Below, piece after piece: positions 23,818 to 53,018 of a DNA stretch of 64,000 nt; positions within the stretch are counted from its first letter, which is position 1, and each line of letters starts with the position of its first letter. The stretch spans positions 1,471,790 to 1,535,789 of the forward strand of contig JAWQFM010000007.1 of assembly GCA_033442325.1 (NCBI GenBank), given 5' to 3'. The notes under the pieces are model-generated. The model saw nothing but the letters and a program-made list of their open reading frames with translations, ran no database searches and was not told the DNA's origin. Made by a program: the position numbers and the translations under genes. Source of the stretch: Salpingoeca rosetta. Lineage: Eukaryota; Protista; Choanoflagellata.

Positions 23818-24252
23818 CCTGCTCAAATACACTATTTGTCCCAATTATCTTGCAAGTCATACAATTTGCGGGCGAGCTCACGTATCCACCGACACTTGCT
23901 GTTGAGAGGTTACAAAGTGCGCACACTTGGCAACAGAGAAAGCGGAGCAGAGAAGCAGCAAGCAGATACGACTGTTGTTGCTGGGGCCACTCACTAACAC
24001 CTAACACCGACACCAACAGCAGCCACCCAGCCCGCTGGACAAGCGACAGTTAAGGGCAAGCAACCAGCCGCCACGCTTCGCAGACAAAGTGCGACCAACG
24101 AACAAGCGGCCTGTGCGTTTGTGTGTGCGTACTTCACCCGGTCTTTTGCCGCAGTCAAGTTGAAGATCGTACGCCGCCGTGCTTTGTTTTGTTGTTGGTT
24201 GCACCACATCACCACATCGGCCGAGTCAGGGATTGAGAGATAGCTGGCAAGG

Positions 24253-27670
<3,418 letters not shown>

Positions 27671-27781
27671 ACGGCAGCACCAGCTCACGAACACGGCAGC
27701 ACAGCACCAACCATGCAGCGCCAACCATGCGCGTGTCGACGTCGCAGCACTGACTGGGTCACACGCCCTTCCTTTTCCCAG

Positions 27782-27812
<31 letters not shown>

Positions 27813-30800
27813 CCTGTTCTTCTCTTTGACCTGTTGTATTCTTTCTTGGTGTGTTATTTTGCGTGTGTCTGTTCGAAGCTGTTGTTGCCTGGGAGCATGT
27901 GTGTGCATGTGTGTGCATGTGCATGCGCGCTATGTGCCGCCGTGTGTGCATGTGAGTGCATGTGTGTACATGTTTGCGATTTCTGTGTTTGTCTTCTTGC
28001 TCGTGCATGTGCGTTGCACGTGGCCGCCTCCCTGCGCTGCACTTGTCTCCCCCGTGTTGGTGCCCAAGCAACAACCCTTTCCCCCTTTCTCCTTCGTAAT
28101 GTACATGTACATGGATGCAACTTTGTTTCTTGTGCGCTTCATGCGTATATGTGTGTCGTGTGTGTGCGTGCGTGTGTGTGTCTGTCGTGTGTGTTGTTTT
28201 TTTTTTTCCATCTTGCTTGCCATACAGGAACGTTCTGAGTTCTGAGTGATGGTCACATACGCAAGCGACAACCGCACATACGCAAACACTGGGACAACGG
28301 GGTGCAAGAAGCAGCGCACAAACATTGTCATCATCACATCATCGTCGTCATCACGTCATTGCATTGCAATCCAACCAACCAACATTCCTCGTGTTCGCTT
28401 GCTTTGTGTTTTGTGGTGTTGGGTCGAGTTGCGCGGGAAATGCAAAAACCCAAGCAAACAAAAGCACACAACAAGAACAAACGCACACAAACGCAGCAGC
28501 AGCAACGACACAACATCAACCATCCATCCAGGCCTGCCGCCGCTGACTTACTCCGCTCCACCGCTCCCTCTCCCTCTCACTTCCCCGCCCTCTCCCTCTC
28601 CCTCTCTCGCCCTTCCCACTACTTCTCGCTCGCTGTTTCTCTCTGCGTGGTCTAGAACGGCCGATTGACCGGGTCAATCAATCGTGCACACAGAGCGCTC
28701 GCTGTAGCACAGCCACCACCACCACCGTGACGGTGGCGAGCCGCTCAGTGGATCTCCACTCTCCTTTCCCGCCTCTTTGTCTCCCTGTTCTCATACGAAG
28801 CTGCTCGGACGTTGAGGGCTCATCCACGCACGCATCCATCGCACGGTGCTCCGCGTTGGCGGACTTTGTGCGTGCGTAACCAACCACACACAGCCTGCCA
28901 GCGCGGCAATGGCCGCTCACGTGGATAACGTGTCGAACACGGCGTCGGACGAGCACGACCGTGACCTGTTGCGCGCGTTCCACCCGGCATCTGTGCTCTA
29001 CCGTCGACTAGCGGTATCGTGGCAGCAGCGCGGGCGCCCGTACCTGCGGCGCAACCTCGGCTACCGCCAGCGCCCGCCATCTACACAGGCCCAGCCAACA
29101 CGCGGACGGCACGGCCAATGGTGGCGGCGCGCAAAGGCTGGTGTCGATGCGTTTGTACTTGGTGTGCGTGTTGCATCGATATCGCTATCGCCCACTTCCT
29201 CCAGTGCCCCTCTGTCGAGAGCCCTTCAGCGCAGCATACGCTTCTCGCTTCAAGTCACACCGGGAGGAGCGGGGACAGGAACGGATACAAGGCCACAACC
29301 ACCCACAGCACCAACCACAGCACCAGCCACCAGTAGTGACAGCAGTGACGGCAGCGGCAGCACCAGTTCCTGTCATGGGCACGGGCAACGCGCTGGACCG
29401 TTGTCTGGTGGTAGATCGAGTGTTCACGCAGCGCATCAACCGCAGCAAGGGCAGCGAGGAAGCAGCGTGTCGATTGCATACCCTCGACATGATGACGCAG
29501 CCATCCAAGTTGACATGTCGACCCCTTCACGGCCACCGCTGCTTACTGTAACCGCAATTGTGTGCTGTTTCACGGTCGACAAAGACAAGGACAGCGAACA
29601 GAGCCTGGTATTCACATCCCACGCAGTACCGCTTGATGCCATCTTCAACTCCAGCAGCAGCAGCAGCAGCAGCAGCACCGACAAGCCCGTGGCCTTCTGC
29701 TTGCAACTGTGTCCCGACCCAGAGTCATCCGCTGTTCTGTTGGAGGCCAGCCGGCGATCGCGGGCATCAAAGCGCAAGTCAGACCAGCTCGTGGTAAGCC
29801 GGCATGGGATACTGTGTGCATGTGTGTGCATGTGTGCGTGTGTGTATGTGTGTATGTGTGTGCATGTGTGTATGTGTGTGTGTGTGCATGTGTGTGTGTG
29901 TATGTGTGTTTGCGTGTGCTTGTGTGTGCATGTGCACATTTGTATGCGCCAATCCAACAACCCAACAACTCTTCTGCCCTTCTCACTGTCACGTCCGCCG
30001 GAACCGCTGTACGCGCACGCCCCTCCCCATATCCCTCCCCTGCCCATGTCCACAGGACACGCTGCAGCTTGATCTCGAGTTGTGGGTTGCTGAGGAGCAT
30101 GCGCGGCGCGCAGCAAACACGTGGTGGATGCAGCATCACGCTGACGACGGCACCGAGACCTCCTCCTCTGCTCTCCGACCAGGGGCACGCAAGATCGCAC
30201 GCGTGCACGCGAACGGCGGTGGCGCTGGTGAAGGGCACCTTGGTGGCAATGACGCTGGTGGACATGTACACACGACAAATGGCAGCAGCAGCACCACCAG
30301 CACCAACACCACCGCCATTACCACCAGCAACAGCAGTAGTCGAAACAGCAGTAGTAGTGGTGATGTTCACACACTTATTGACAGCACGGGCAGCAACACA
30401 AACCACGACAGCAGCAACAATCCGTCCAGTGTTCATGCAAATGGCGATGGTGGTGTTGCTCAGAGCGGTGCAGACGTTGGTAGTGGCAAGGCTGCAAGGA
30501 AGTTTGCTCAAGGGCAGGAGAAGGTGGAGGTGAAAGGGGAGCAGCAAAGAGAAGGAGGAGGAGAGACAGTGCCACCGAGAGGCGTTGAGACCCAGGAAGC
30601 ACAGCAGCAGGCAATGGGCGTTGCAAGGAGGAAGCAGAGAGCAGATGGTGTGACTCGCACATCACCACTAACAGAAACAGGCAAGCTGTCGTTGTTTAGC
30701 TTATTAGTTTCGTATTCACAGCTGTTGGACGTGGTACCGAATGCCACGTGTATGCTCTTCCTCCGTTGCCGCTCTCGCCAGTGGGCACTGCCCCTCACAC

Positions 30801-31179
30801 AAGGTATCGCGCTTTCGGTTGCTCGCCTTGCCTTGGGTTGGTTGGTTGGTTAGTTTGCGTTGTGTTGCATTGTTTTGCCCTTTTGATTTGGCGCTTTGCT
30901 CGACAATGTAGGCGGCGCTACTATCACTTTGTGATGCAGATCAGCACACACAGATAGTCGAAGCACAACCTCACACTGACTGTGTTTGTTTGTTTGTTTG
31001 TGTTGTCGCTGGCGTGCAGCACTGCAGTGTCCGTGGTGTGGGGCCTGTTCCCGATCTATCTATGAGCTGGTGCTCCATCTTTCCACCGACCACCCCCGCT
31101 TTCTCGTCAGCTTGGAGGTGCAGATGCCCTCGTGTTGTGTCGTGTGTGTGTGTGTGTGCGCGTTGTGTGCGTTGTGTGT

Positions 31180-31332
31180 GTTGTGTGTTGTGTTGTGTGT
31201 TGTGTTGTGTTGTGTTGTGTTGTGTTGTGTTGTGTTGTGTTGTGTTGTGTTGTGTTGTGTTGTGTTGTGTTGTGTTGTGTTGTGTTGTGTTGTGTTGTGT
31301 TGTGTTGTGTTGTGTTGTGTTGTGTTGTGTTG
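31180..31332. repeat. (GTGTT)n microsatellite in a SUZ12 intron
   Basis: Seen directly. Confidence 0.9.
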
Positions 31333-31718
31333 TAGTGTGGTGTGTGTGTGCTGCTTACATGTGACATTGTTTGTCAACTGCAACTAGACATGGAAGCAAA
31401 CGTGTATGTATGCACACATACTGTTGTGCGCAGGCGTCTCATTTGTACGCATCCAACTTGTGCCTGTAAATGACGCGATACGACAATGTTGTGCACTCCT
31501 GTTTGCCACCACGAATCTGCCTGACCGTACCAGGCGCACGAGCATGAGTGGCAGGTGACGCTGACGCTGCTGGAAACACCAGCCATCCACGCCAACGCCA
31601 TTCTCGAGCCAAAGCCGCCGATTGCCATTGTCAGTTGCAGCACCAGTTGTTGTGATGCAGCGATGTGTAGGGACGCCGCTGGCTTGTCTTTGAATCACAA
31701 GCAACCACACTCACTTAC

Positions 31719-31767
<49 letters not shown>

Positions 31768-33112
31768 CACACACACACACACACTCTCTCTCTCTTTTTC
31801 ACTCACCTCCCACCCTGTCCTCCATCTCTCTCTCTCTCTCACCGACTCTCACTTGCACACACACACACACACACACACACTATCCTCCAACCCCTACAGG
31901 CAGATACGTTTGCGTACATGCGGGCGGCGGCTGCTGCGAGCGCACCGCAGGTTGACATGGGCGTACTGCTGGGCATGGCTGCTGATGTGCAGCCGCACCC
32001 ACGCTGCATCGTTGCGCCGCCAGCGCTGGAGCCGCCGTGTGCGAAGGACGGGCCGTTTGACATCTCCGTTCTCATTGGCCGGGCACACCGCCGCATCGTC
32101 ACAAGCGAACGCCTCTCGAGCACGCTGAGGTGGGAAGCTGATCGGTGATGGCAGTGATGGCAGTGATGGCGGTGATGGTGTGTGGAAATGTACTCGCGGC
32201 TGCTGTATTCTCACCTTCACTCTTCCGGCACGTCTGTGTGCGCGCGCGTGTCGACGTACGCCATGGGACGTGTAGGCCTGCGTTCCACACGCCGTTTGCC
32301 GCCAACCGCCACCCGAGCTGTGACGTGGACAGCGAAGACGACGTTGAGGACGACGTGGTACGAGGATGCATGCGCTGGGCATGTCAACACGTGCACTTTG
32401 TCGTGTGTCGTGTCATGTGGTGTGCGGTGGTATGGTGTGTGCGGCGTGTGTCTGTGGTGGATTGGGCCCGTTGGTACAGTCCGTGCAAAATGTTTCGCTG
32501 ACGCGCGTGGCTCCGTCCTGGTTTGCTGCCTTTGGGCTCCTTCAGCGTCATTTGCCTGGAACGCTGGGCATTGAGCGTGCGTGGTCCATCTTCATCCCGA
32601 AACAGACGGTCGTGACAAAGGTACACAACTCTGCTTATACACTGCTCATGCACTGTTCATGCACGGCGTGTGCTTGGAACGCACGCTCACACTTGTGTAT
32701 GGTGCATGTGTTGTGGACGTTGTGGATGTTGTGCGTGTTGTGTGTGTTGTGTGTGCTGTGCGTGCTTTGTTTGGTTGACGACAGCGAAACATGGTGAAGA
32801 CCTGCGTCGAGTTTGCTGTGGCCCATCCCACGCTGCTGCGACACGACTGGCACGCGTTTGTCAGGCACCTTCACACCCTCCACTCCCACAAGCTACTTGA
32901 CAGGTTGGTCGGGGGGGGGAAGGGGGCAGAGCGAAAGAAGTGTGGTGTGTGTGCGCGTATGTGTGCATGTGTGCATGTGTGTGTGTGTGTGGTTGGCGAA
33001 GGAGGGGGGGGGCAACTGCTTATCGTGTCGCTCACGTGCATGACCCACGCATTGACCATTCAACAATCAGGCACGGGATTGCAGACGTGCTGCGGCAGGT
33101 GTTGCGGCAACT

Positions 33113-38874
<5,762 letters not shown>

Positions 38875-39205
38875 GCGCTACAACTTGTACTTCATAGCGC
38901 CCTCTTCCAGCGTCCCTGCATCGTGTTACGAACCAGCCCATTGCCCAGATCTACTGTGCACTGTCTCCATCTCTCTTCTTGGTTGGTTGGTTGACCTTGA
39001 GCTTGCGTGCGTGGTTGGTACTTTCCTACTTGACAGAACCCGATACAAATGAACAGCAACACACAATCAAAGAACATGACACTGTGCAAGGGACAACCGA
39101 CGTGTCATCATCACGAGTACGCACACACACACACACACACACGCACGCACGCGCGCACACACACACGCACGCACGCACGCGCACACAGAGCAAGGTGCAG
39201 AGGCA

Positions 39206-46100
<6,895 letters not shown>

Positions 46101-46364
46101 ACTGCTGGTGGTGCTTGTGTGCTGTGCTTGTGGTGGTTGCACACTGAAGGATGAGTGAGGCAAGAGCAGGAAAGATGACTGGTGTGGGTTTGTCGCTGCT
46201 TCTGCTTGTGCTTCTGCTTGCTTGTGCTCTTTGCTTCTTGTTCCACAGCAGTTTGCGCAAGCCACTGGGAACGGTCTGAATTCAGTCTCTGCCTTGTTTG
46301 TTTATGTTTCGCGCACACGCGCGCATTCGTGCATGTCGCGATTCATTCAGATACAATCGGTCAG

Positions 46365-46439
<75 letters not shown>

Positions 46440-46504
46440 GCACACACACACACACACGCACGCACGCACACCAAACACCACAGACGCACGCACACACACG
46501 TATG

Positions 46505-49500
46505 TCATGCTGCGAGGCGCGCCATGGCGTGCTCGAGGTCTGCGATCGTGTCGTCAAACGAGTTGCACAGCAGCGCTTCAACCATCGGCAGAACACGCGG
46601 CCAGTGTGCAGCAAGCAGCTCCCGCTCGTCTCCATACTGACCACCTCCAGCGGCAGCGGTGGTGGCGGCAGCACTGTACGCAAGCGCCGTGAGCAAGGTG
46701 GCGCCCCAGGAGCCCGCACACCGCGAAAGCGAGAAGCGAAGCCGTGTGCCGTGTGTGTGCAGGAACGTCTGCGCAGCAACATCGCGAGATGCGGCCTGCG
46801 ACAGACACGCAACCAGCACGCGCAGTGCACGGTAGCAGCGGGCAACCGTCGCAGTGTCCAGCATCGCGGCTGCTGCCGCTGCGTCCTGCTGCTCTACAAG
46901 CACGGAGGAGCGGCGGCCCTGGCGGGAAGAGGACACCGTCGGTAACGGCGACGACGACAGCGACAGGGGTGACGACGATGATGGCGGTGGCGGTGAGGAT
47001 AGCGCCTCCCGTGCACACGCGCGCGCGATATCAAAGGTGCGCATGACGAACCGAGCAGCAAAGTCAAGCAGCGCCAGCCGTGTTGTGGCCAAGGGACGGC
47101 TCGCTTCACCGCCACCGCTCCCAACAGCAGTGACAGTGCTGGAGGTTGCGGACCATGGCGATGAGGCAGGGGTTGGTGATGATGACGACGTGGGCAGCGA
47201 GGACGGGGAGGATGGGGTTGGTGTCTCACTGCCATCATAGCTTGCACTGCTGCTGCCATGGGTGCTGCCAAAGTGGATACTGTTTGCGCTGTCGGTACTC
47301 GTGTTGCTGCTCACGCTGCTGCCTCTGCCATCGGGTGTCCGCTGTGCTCGCGTGCGGTCCTGCCGCCCCACAGCAGACCACAACCACACGCGCAGCGCAT
47401 GGCTGTGATACGCACCGCCACCGCCACCGCCACCGTTGCCGCCACTGCTGCCTCGATGGGCACCCGAGAGCGACGGCCTGCCCTCCTGTCGCAGCCTGCT
47501 GCCCACACGGCTGCTTCGGCGCCGGCGTGCTGGTGGCGGTGACGACGCCACAGCAGTTGGCGGTGACGCCGATGATGACGAGCACGCGGCTGCTGCATCA
47601 ACCATCCCTGCCCCTGCGCTCGCTGCTGCGGCGGAGGTGAGTGCATCTGCCAGCTCGAGGGCACCGTACTTGGCGTCCCGCGCCAGCGGCAGCAGCAGCT
47701 CGGGGTATGGCCATGCACGCAGCAGCGTCCCCGTCATCGCAGGCACCGCTGCACACACGTCCGCCAAAGCCGGGCCACACGCCACTGCCGCTGGTGGTGT
47801 CTGCGGTGGTTGCGGCGATGGCACCAGGGATGACGACCTGCTGCTGTTGCTGCGCTGCTCGCGCTGGTGCTGGTCATGCCGGTGGTGACGGTCGTGACGG
47901 TCGTGATGGTGGAGGGTGTGGTGGTGGTGCGGCGTGTGCTGGCGCGGAGAGGCCGTTGGTGCGCACACGCGACTGCGCGTGACCATGGAGACAACAGCAG
48001 CGGAAAACTCTGGCAAGGCCGCAGACCACCGCACCGCCTGTACCAGCACATCCAGCACCAGCGCCAGGGATTCGAGCGTGTCCATAATCTCCTCTTCCTC
48101 CTGCTCATCGTCGTGTGTACCACCACCAGAGCACCAGCTGGTAGCGTCGTGGTGATCGTGATTGCTGTTGCTGCTGGTGCTGTTGCTGGTGCTGCTGAGA
48201 TGGCTGCTGTGGCTGCTGTGGCTGCTGTGGTTGTCATGTTGAGCGAGTGCGCGCCTGTGCAGCCAGCGGCATGCACTGCGAGCATACGCAATGAGATGGC
48301 CTGCGAGGTGATGCTCCTTCCAGAACAGGCGGCGCACGCTCGTGCTTTGCCGCAGTAGCGTTGACAGCGTGTCCAGCTCCGAGGTTTTGGCAGACACGTC
48401 TGCCTCGCTCAGCAGTGCATGGGCGATGCGCCGAAACGCCGCTGTTGCCTTGTTGGGGTCGAGTGATGGTGAGCACAGCGCACCAACAGAGCACGGGAGC
48501 CAGTGCTCACCACCACCAATGCTGCTGCCACTGCAGTGATCGTTGCTGTAGCTGGTGTGTTTCCCGTTTCTTCCACCATCTGCGTGCGTGGTCGCTGCAT
48601 CATGGCCGTGTGGGGGATGCGTGGTGGCGGTGGCGAGCGTGGTGAGCGCCAGCTCTTCTTGATGATGGCAGAATATGGCTGGAAGCGCGGAAGTCGCTGC
48701 CAGGGTATACAGGTCCATGCGCGTCACTGCTTGCCCTGCGTCTGCCTCATCGCCGCTCCACACGCCGCTGCTGCTTGTGCTGGCGCTGCTGGTGCTCGCG
48801 CGGGACGAGATGGAAGGGGCCAGGCTGACCAGCGACGTGCTGAGGCGCGCGGCAGACGCAAGCTGCTGCCCTCTGTCGTGTGCCGACGGCAGCGTACTTG
48901 ATGCTGTTGATGCCGTTGACGCCGTGCTAATGCGCCGCCTGCTCTGTGGTGACGCGGGCGACGACGACGATGACGACGACGATGGTGGTGGTGGTGGCGG
49001 CGGCGATGGCGGTGGGTGCGCCAGGCTGCCCAAGACGCCTGTGGTAGGCGGGACTGCCGTTCCCCTTGTTGTCGTGCTGGTATTGGGGGCCGTGCCAGTG
49101 GGTGTCAGGTCAACGGATGCGCGCGTGGATACTGTGCTGCTGTTGCGGTCGCGGCCCTGACGAATGACCAGCCGTGCAAGCGACGTTGGGGACGATGACG
49201 TCGCTGGTGGCAATGCTACTGATTGTGATGGGGATTGTGCTGCCGTTGCTGCTGCTGCTGCTGTTGTTGTTGTTGTTGTTGCTGCTGCTGCTGTTGTTGT
49301 TGTTGAGCCTGGCGTTGCAGTCACGGTCGATGACAGGGTGTGGCGGCGGGGATGTGGGCGAGCAGGGTGGTGGGACGGCGACGACGATGAGGACGATGCT
49401 GGCGATGGAGATGGAGATGCGTTGTGCAGCGGCGACAGCGACGGCATTGGCCGCGATCTCGGACAAGACGATGGCACCGACGCCGATCCTGCTGGCGAGA

Positions 49501-50647
49501 AGGAATCCCTCCTCCTGCTGCTGTTGTTGGCGGTGTAAGCACTGACGTCAAAGTCATGGGCGGGGTTGAGCATGGTCGGGGATAACGAAACGCGCCGCGC
49601 ACGTTGGCTGCTACTCGGATGTCGCGACGGGTCGGGCGACGGCGACAACGTGGCGATACTTGGACTGGTCCTGCTGTGCTGGCCTTGATTCACGTCATGC
49701 TTGTTCTGACCTTTCCGTGTACGTGTGCGCATGCGCGCAGGCATATACGTGGATCCCTGTGTGGACGCTGGCTGCGCGTCTCCTGGGATGGGCGCAGGCT
49801 GGCCCTTGCTGCGCCATAGCGTGAGCCGGCGCGGGGTGGAGGGTGATGGCGCTTGCAGATTGGATGGGGCAGACACTGAAGGCGGTGATGACTGGGCCGT
49901 AGGTGCTGTTGATGACGCCAGGGGAGTGTTTGTGGGCCTTACACGTCGCGACACGAGCGGGGACAACGACTTTGGGGAGGCCGGCAACGACGCCGAGGAT
50001 GCGGTTCTTGTTGTTGTTGGTGTGGGTGGTGCGAGGGTCAAGCTAGCGCGGTGGCCCTCGCCTTTGGTGGTCGCAGTGTGGCTGCTGCGGCTGCTGCGCG
50101 GGCCTGAGAGGCGGTTGCTGGTGTGGTTCCTGTCCACGCTGCCGCTGGCTCGGGATGCTGAAGCGTCACGGCTGGATGTGGCGTTGGTTGGCGTGGCGCC
50201 TCGGCTGCCCCGGCGTGCCTGCGCTTTTGCTGCAGCGGGGACGGGAGACGGCGGGTGCACCTCCACGACCGGAAGCGCTGCTCGGCTGGCATGCCGGGAG
50301 CTGCTCGCGCTGCTTTGGTTTGTGTGCAGCGGCAGCTGGTGCGCGATGTGCAGACCGATGTGCTGGGCGCGGTCGCCAATGTCCTTTGACAAGAAGCTGG
50401 GGAGCCGCTCGTCCACGCTGACTGCCTTGATGGTCTCAAGGGCCACACGCTGCACAATCTTGCGCGGCGGGTTGTCGAGCAGCAGGGCCTCTGTGCTGGT
50501 GAGGACGAACCAGCGAACGGTCTTCTTGCGACCATCAATGACGCAGACCACAGGTTCGAAGAGCACCACGCTGGCGCGGTACTCACTCGCGCTGAGCTCT
50601 CGTCGCAGAAACCGGTCGACATGGTCGCGAGCCGCCAGCTTCGCCAT
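46505..50647 (-). CDS. DUF4551 / C12orf56-like protein, intronless, about 1380 aa
   Basis: VDRFLRRELSASEY...FEPVV...WFVLTSTEALLLDNPPRKIVQRVAL...PSFLS...AQHI matches the recalled C12orf56 N-terminus (LDVFLRRHL...YEPCIVVS...ENPPKSIRRVVAL...PEFLS...SQHI). Later matches are MDLYTL and VRRLFWK. Confidence 0.8.
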   Translation of the reverse strand: MAKLAARDHVDRFLRRELSASEYRASVVLFEPVVCVIDGRKKTVRWFVLTSTEALLLDNPPRKIVQRVALETIKAVSVDERLPSFLSKDIGDRAQHIGLHIAHQLPLHTNQSSASSSRHASRAALPVVEVHPPSPVPAAAKAQARRGSRGATPTNATSSRDASASRASGSVDRNHTSNRLSGPRSSRSSHTATTKGEGHRASLTLAPPTPTTTRTASSASLPASPKSLSPLVSRRVRPTNTPLASSTAPTAQSSPPSVSAPSNLQAPSPSTPRRLTLWRSKGQPAPIPGDAQPASTQGSTYMPARMRTRTRKGQNKHDVNQGQHSRTSPSIATLSPSPDPSRHPSSSQRARRVSLSPTMLNPAHDFDVSAYTANNSSRRRDSFSPAGSASVPSSCPRSRPMPSLSPLHNASPSPSPASSSSSSPSHHPARPHPRRHTLSSTVTATPGSTTTTAAAATTTTTTAAAAATAAQSPSQSVALPPATSSSPTSLARLVIRQGRDRNSSTVSTRASVDLTPTGTAPNTSTTTRGTAVPPTTGVLGSLAHPPPSPPPPPPPSSSSSSSSPASPQSRRRISTASTASTASSTLPSAHDRGQQLASAARLSTSLVSLAPSISSRASTSSASTSSSGVWSGDEADAGQAVTRMDLYTLAATSALPAIFCHHQEELALTTLATATTHPPHGHDAATTHADGGRNGKHTSYSNDHCSGSSIGGGEHWLPCSVGALCSPSLDPNKATAAFRRIAHALLSEADVSAKTSELDTLSTLLRQSTSVRRLFWKEHHLAGHLIAYARSACRWLHRRALAQHDNHSSHSSHSSHLSSTSNSTSSNSNHDHHDATSWCSGGGTHDDEQEEEEIMDTLESLALVLDVLVQAVRWSAALPEFSAAVVSMVTRSRVCAPTASPRQHTPHHHHTLHHHDRHDRHHRHDQHQREQRSNSSRSSSLVPSPQPPQTPPAAVACGPALADVCAAVPAMTGTLLRAWPYPELLLPLARDAKYGALELADALTSAAAASAGAGMVDAAAACSSSSASPPTAVASSPPPARRRRSSRVGSRLRQEGRPSLSGAHRGSSGGNGGGGGGGAYHSHALRVWLWSAVGRQDRTRAQRTPDGRGSSVSSNTSTDSANSIHFGSTHGSSSASYDGSETPTPSSPSSLPTSSSSPTPASSPWSATSSTVTAVGSGGGEASRPLATTRLALLDFAARFVMRTFDIARACAREALSSPPPPSSSSPLSLSSSPLPTVSSSRQGRRSSVLVEQQDAAAAAAMLDTATVARCYRALRVLVACLSQAASRDVAAQTFLHTHGTRLRFSLSRCAGSWGATLLTALAYSAAATTAAAGGGQYGDERELLAAHWPRVLPMVEALLCNSFDDTIADLEHAMARLAA

Positions 50648-51143
50648 GGCACGCGGTTGGCATGAAGAAGACCAACGCGACAAGACGCCAGGGAGATGGT
50701 GATGGTGGTGGTGTGGTGGTGACCTTGGAGAAGAACAAACGGAATGGGGCAAACGGAGGAGCGTAGGGAAGGGGGAAATGAACAAGCGGGGGAGGGGCGA
50801 GGTCGAAGCGGACGAGAATGAGAGTTGAGGATGGGTTGTGAGTATGGGTTGTGCTTTGGTTGTTGCAGATGTGAGAGTGTCAGCCAAGTTTTTCGCGTCG
50901 TTGTTTGGGTTTTGGGTTCGCTTGCAGCCTTTTCGCTTCGCTGTTTGTTGTTGCTTGTTGTTGGTCGGCTTTGCAGCACCAGTCACCGAAACAAGGCTCG
51001 AGAATTTATGCAAATTTTCCACAAATCGTCCCTATCTCACGTGTTTGAGAACCAGCCAACCGAGCGAGCGAGCCGAGCCAGCCGAGCGAGCAAGCGTGCA
51101 AGCAAAGCAACCTTCCTCTTCACCGCCAGCAGCACCAGCAGCC
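50648..51143. promoter_or_regulatory. Putative bidirectional promoter (DUF4551 / NOP10)
   Basis: Head-to-head start codons separated by 496 bp, with an AT-rich core at about 51000-51030. Confidence 0.5.
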
Positions 51144-51928
51144 ATGTTTCTGATGTTCTACCTGGACAGCGAGGGCAAGCGCGTCTACACCCTCAAGGTT
51201 GGTTGTGGTTATGAGTGGTTGTGTGATTATGTGTGCGTGCGTGTGTGTGTGTGTGTGTGTGTGGTTGTAAAGTATGTGGCTGTGCGTGTGTGTACGTGCA
51301 TGTGCGCAGCCATATGCAGCCGAGTTCAGCCGTGTTCTGCTATGTACAACTGTGTACAGCCGTGTACAATGGAGTGATGTGTTTTGGGACCATGACTCTT
51401 TCCTTTGCAGCTGGCAACACCTGCGTACGTGTGCTCGATGAAGGCTGTTCACTCACACACGTTGCCGTTGCTGATGCTCTCCTCCTTGTTCCCATCACAG
51501 AAAGTCGACCCCAACGGCAACCCCACACAGTCTGCACACCCTGGTGAGTTTGCGCTTGCCGCTTCTTTCCTTTGCTGTCATTCTTTTCCGTTCATCGTTC
51601 ATCACTCGTTTTGATTCACCACGCGTGCGTGCACAACTTACCACACCATATCGCAAGCACACACACGCACACACGCACAACACATGCACCTGCGCACACT
51701 AACTCATACACACTCGCATGTGCATGTGCATGTGCTCGCACTTCTCCTCCACCATTCCGCTTCATGTACGCACTCACTCATGTGTTCTTGGTTCTTTGTC
51801 ACCCACACCCACACTGCGCCATCTCAACAGCACGATTCTCCCCGGATGACAACTACTCGAGGCACCGCGTGACGCTGAAGAAGCGCTTTGGCATTCTCCC
51901 ATCACAACAACCGGCCAAGCGCCTGTAA
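51144..51928 (+). CDS. NOP10: H/ACA snoRNP subunit Nop10
   Basis: Three exons: [18 protein letters not shown]|[15 protein letters not shown]|[31 protein letters not shown]. Confidence 0.97.
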
Positions 51929-52386
51929 CCTTGCCTGTAACCTTGTCCTCCTGTTCAAACAAACCACCTGTTCCTCTCTCCCCTCCCTGTCTCTCGCCTT
52001 GTAACCGGCTCCCTCGATCACGTCATGCCATGTGATGCGGGACCGGCAATCTGGCTGTAGCGCTTCTATACTTGCCCATTCCCTCCTTGCTTGCTTTGCT
52101 TTTCGATGTTGTGTGCCGCTGGCGCGCACTCGCTCGCAGCTCTTGTTGTAGTGTCTCTTGACGTTGATCGTGATTGCTGGTTGTCCTTTTCCCTACGTGT
52201 TGCCCGGCTGTTCCGAGGCCCTTTGTATCGTATCGTTGAGTAAAATCCCCCCCCCCCCCAAATTCCATCAGCTTATACGTATGCATTCACGCGTGTGTGT
52301 GTGTGTGTGTGGGTGTGAGTGGGTGTGGGTGTGGGTGTGAGTGGGTGAGGGTGAGTGGGTGAGGGTGATGAAAAAGTGGGTGGAGG

Positions 52387-52921
52387 TCACAGCGGGACCG
52401 CGCACAGCGGCTCCTCAATGGGCAACGCATCAACAAAGCGGAGCGTGGTCTGATCGCCGCCATCCTGCTGCAGACGGTACAGTTCAAGGAACCCGCCACC
52501 TTTCAGGCCTTTGTCGAACTGATGGTGGCATCGTGATGGTACGCGTGTAGAGACAGGAAAGAAAGCAAGAACAAGAGTGAGTGGTGATGTGTGTGTGTGT
52601 TGTAAAACGTGAGATTAACAGCCCTGAGCAACGCCACGAGCGTGCACGCGCGCACACACACACACACACATACATACACACGCACACACACATACATACG
52701 CACACACACATACATACACACACACCTGGGTTGTGACGGCGAGCAGATCTTGCGTGACAAAAGCGGCATGCCACGGCAATGCACCTTTCGTAAATACGTG
52801 GCTAGTCAGAGACAGCTTGGACACCAGAAAACAGAAGAAAGCAGGCGGGGGAAGAGGGAAAAGGTGGGCAAGGAAAAATGGGAAATGTGAAGGCGTGAGA
52901 AGGAGAACAACAGCTCTTAGG

Positions 52922-53018
<97 letters not shown>

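Noticed and set aside
51008-51015. Octamer ATGCAAAT in the DUF4551/NOP10 promoter
   Set aside because: A single 8-mer is expected by chance in 64 kb and there is no supporting context.
51198-51830. snoRNAs hosted in NOP10 introns
   Set aside because: No convincing C/D boxes or H/ACA double hairpin can be seen by eye; a covariance-model search would be needed.
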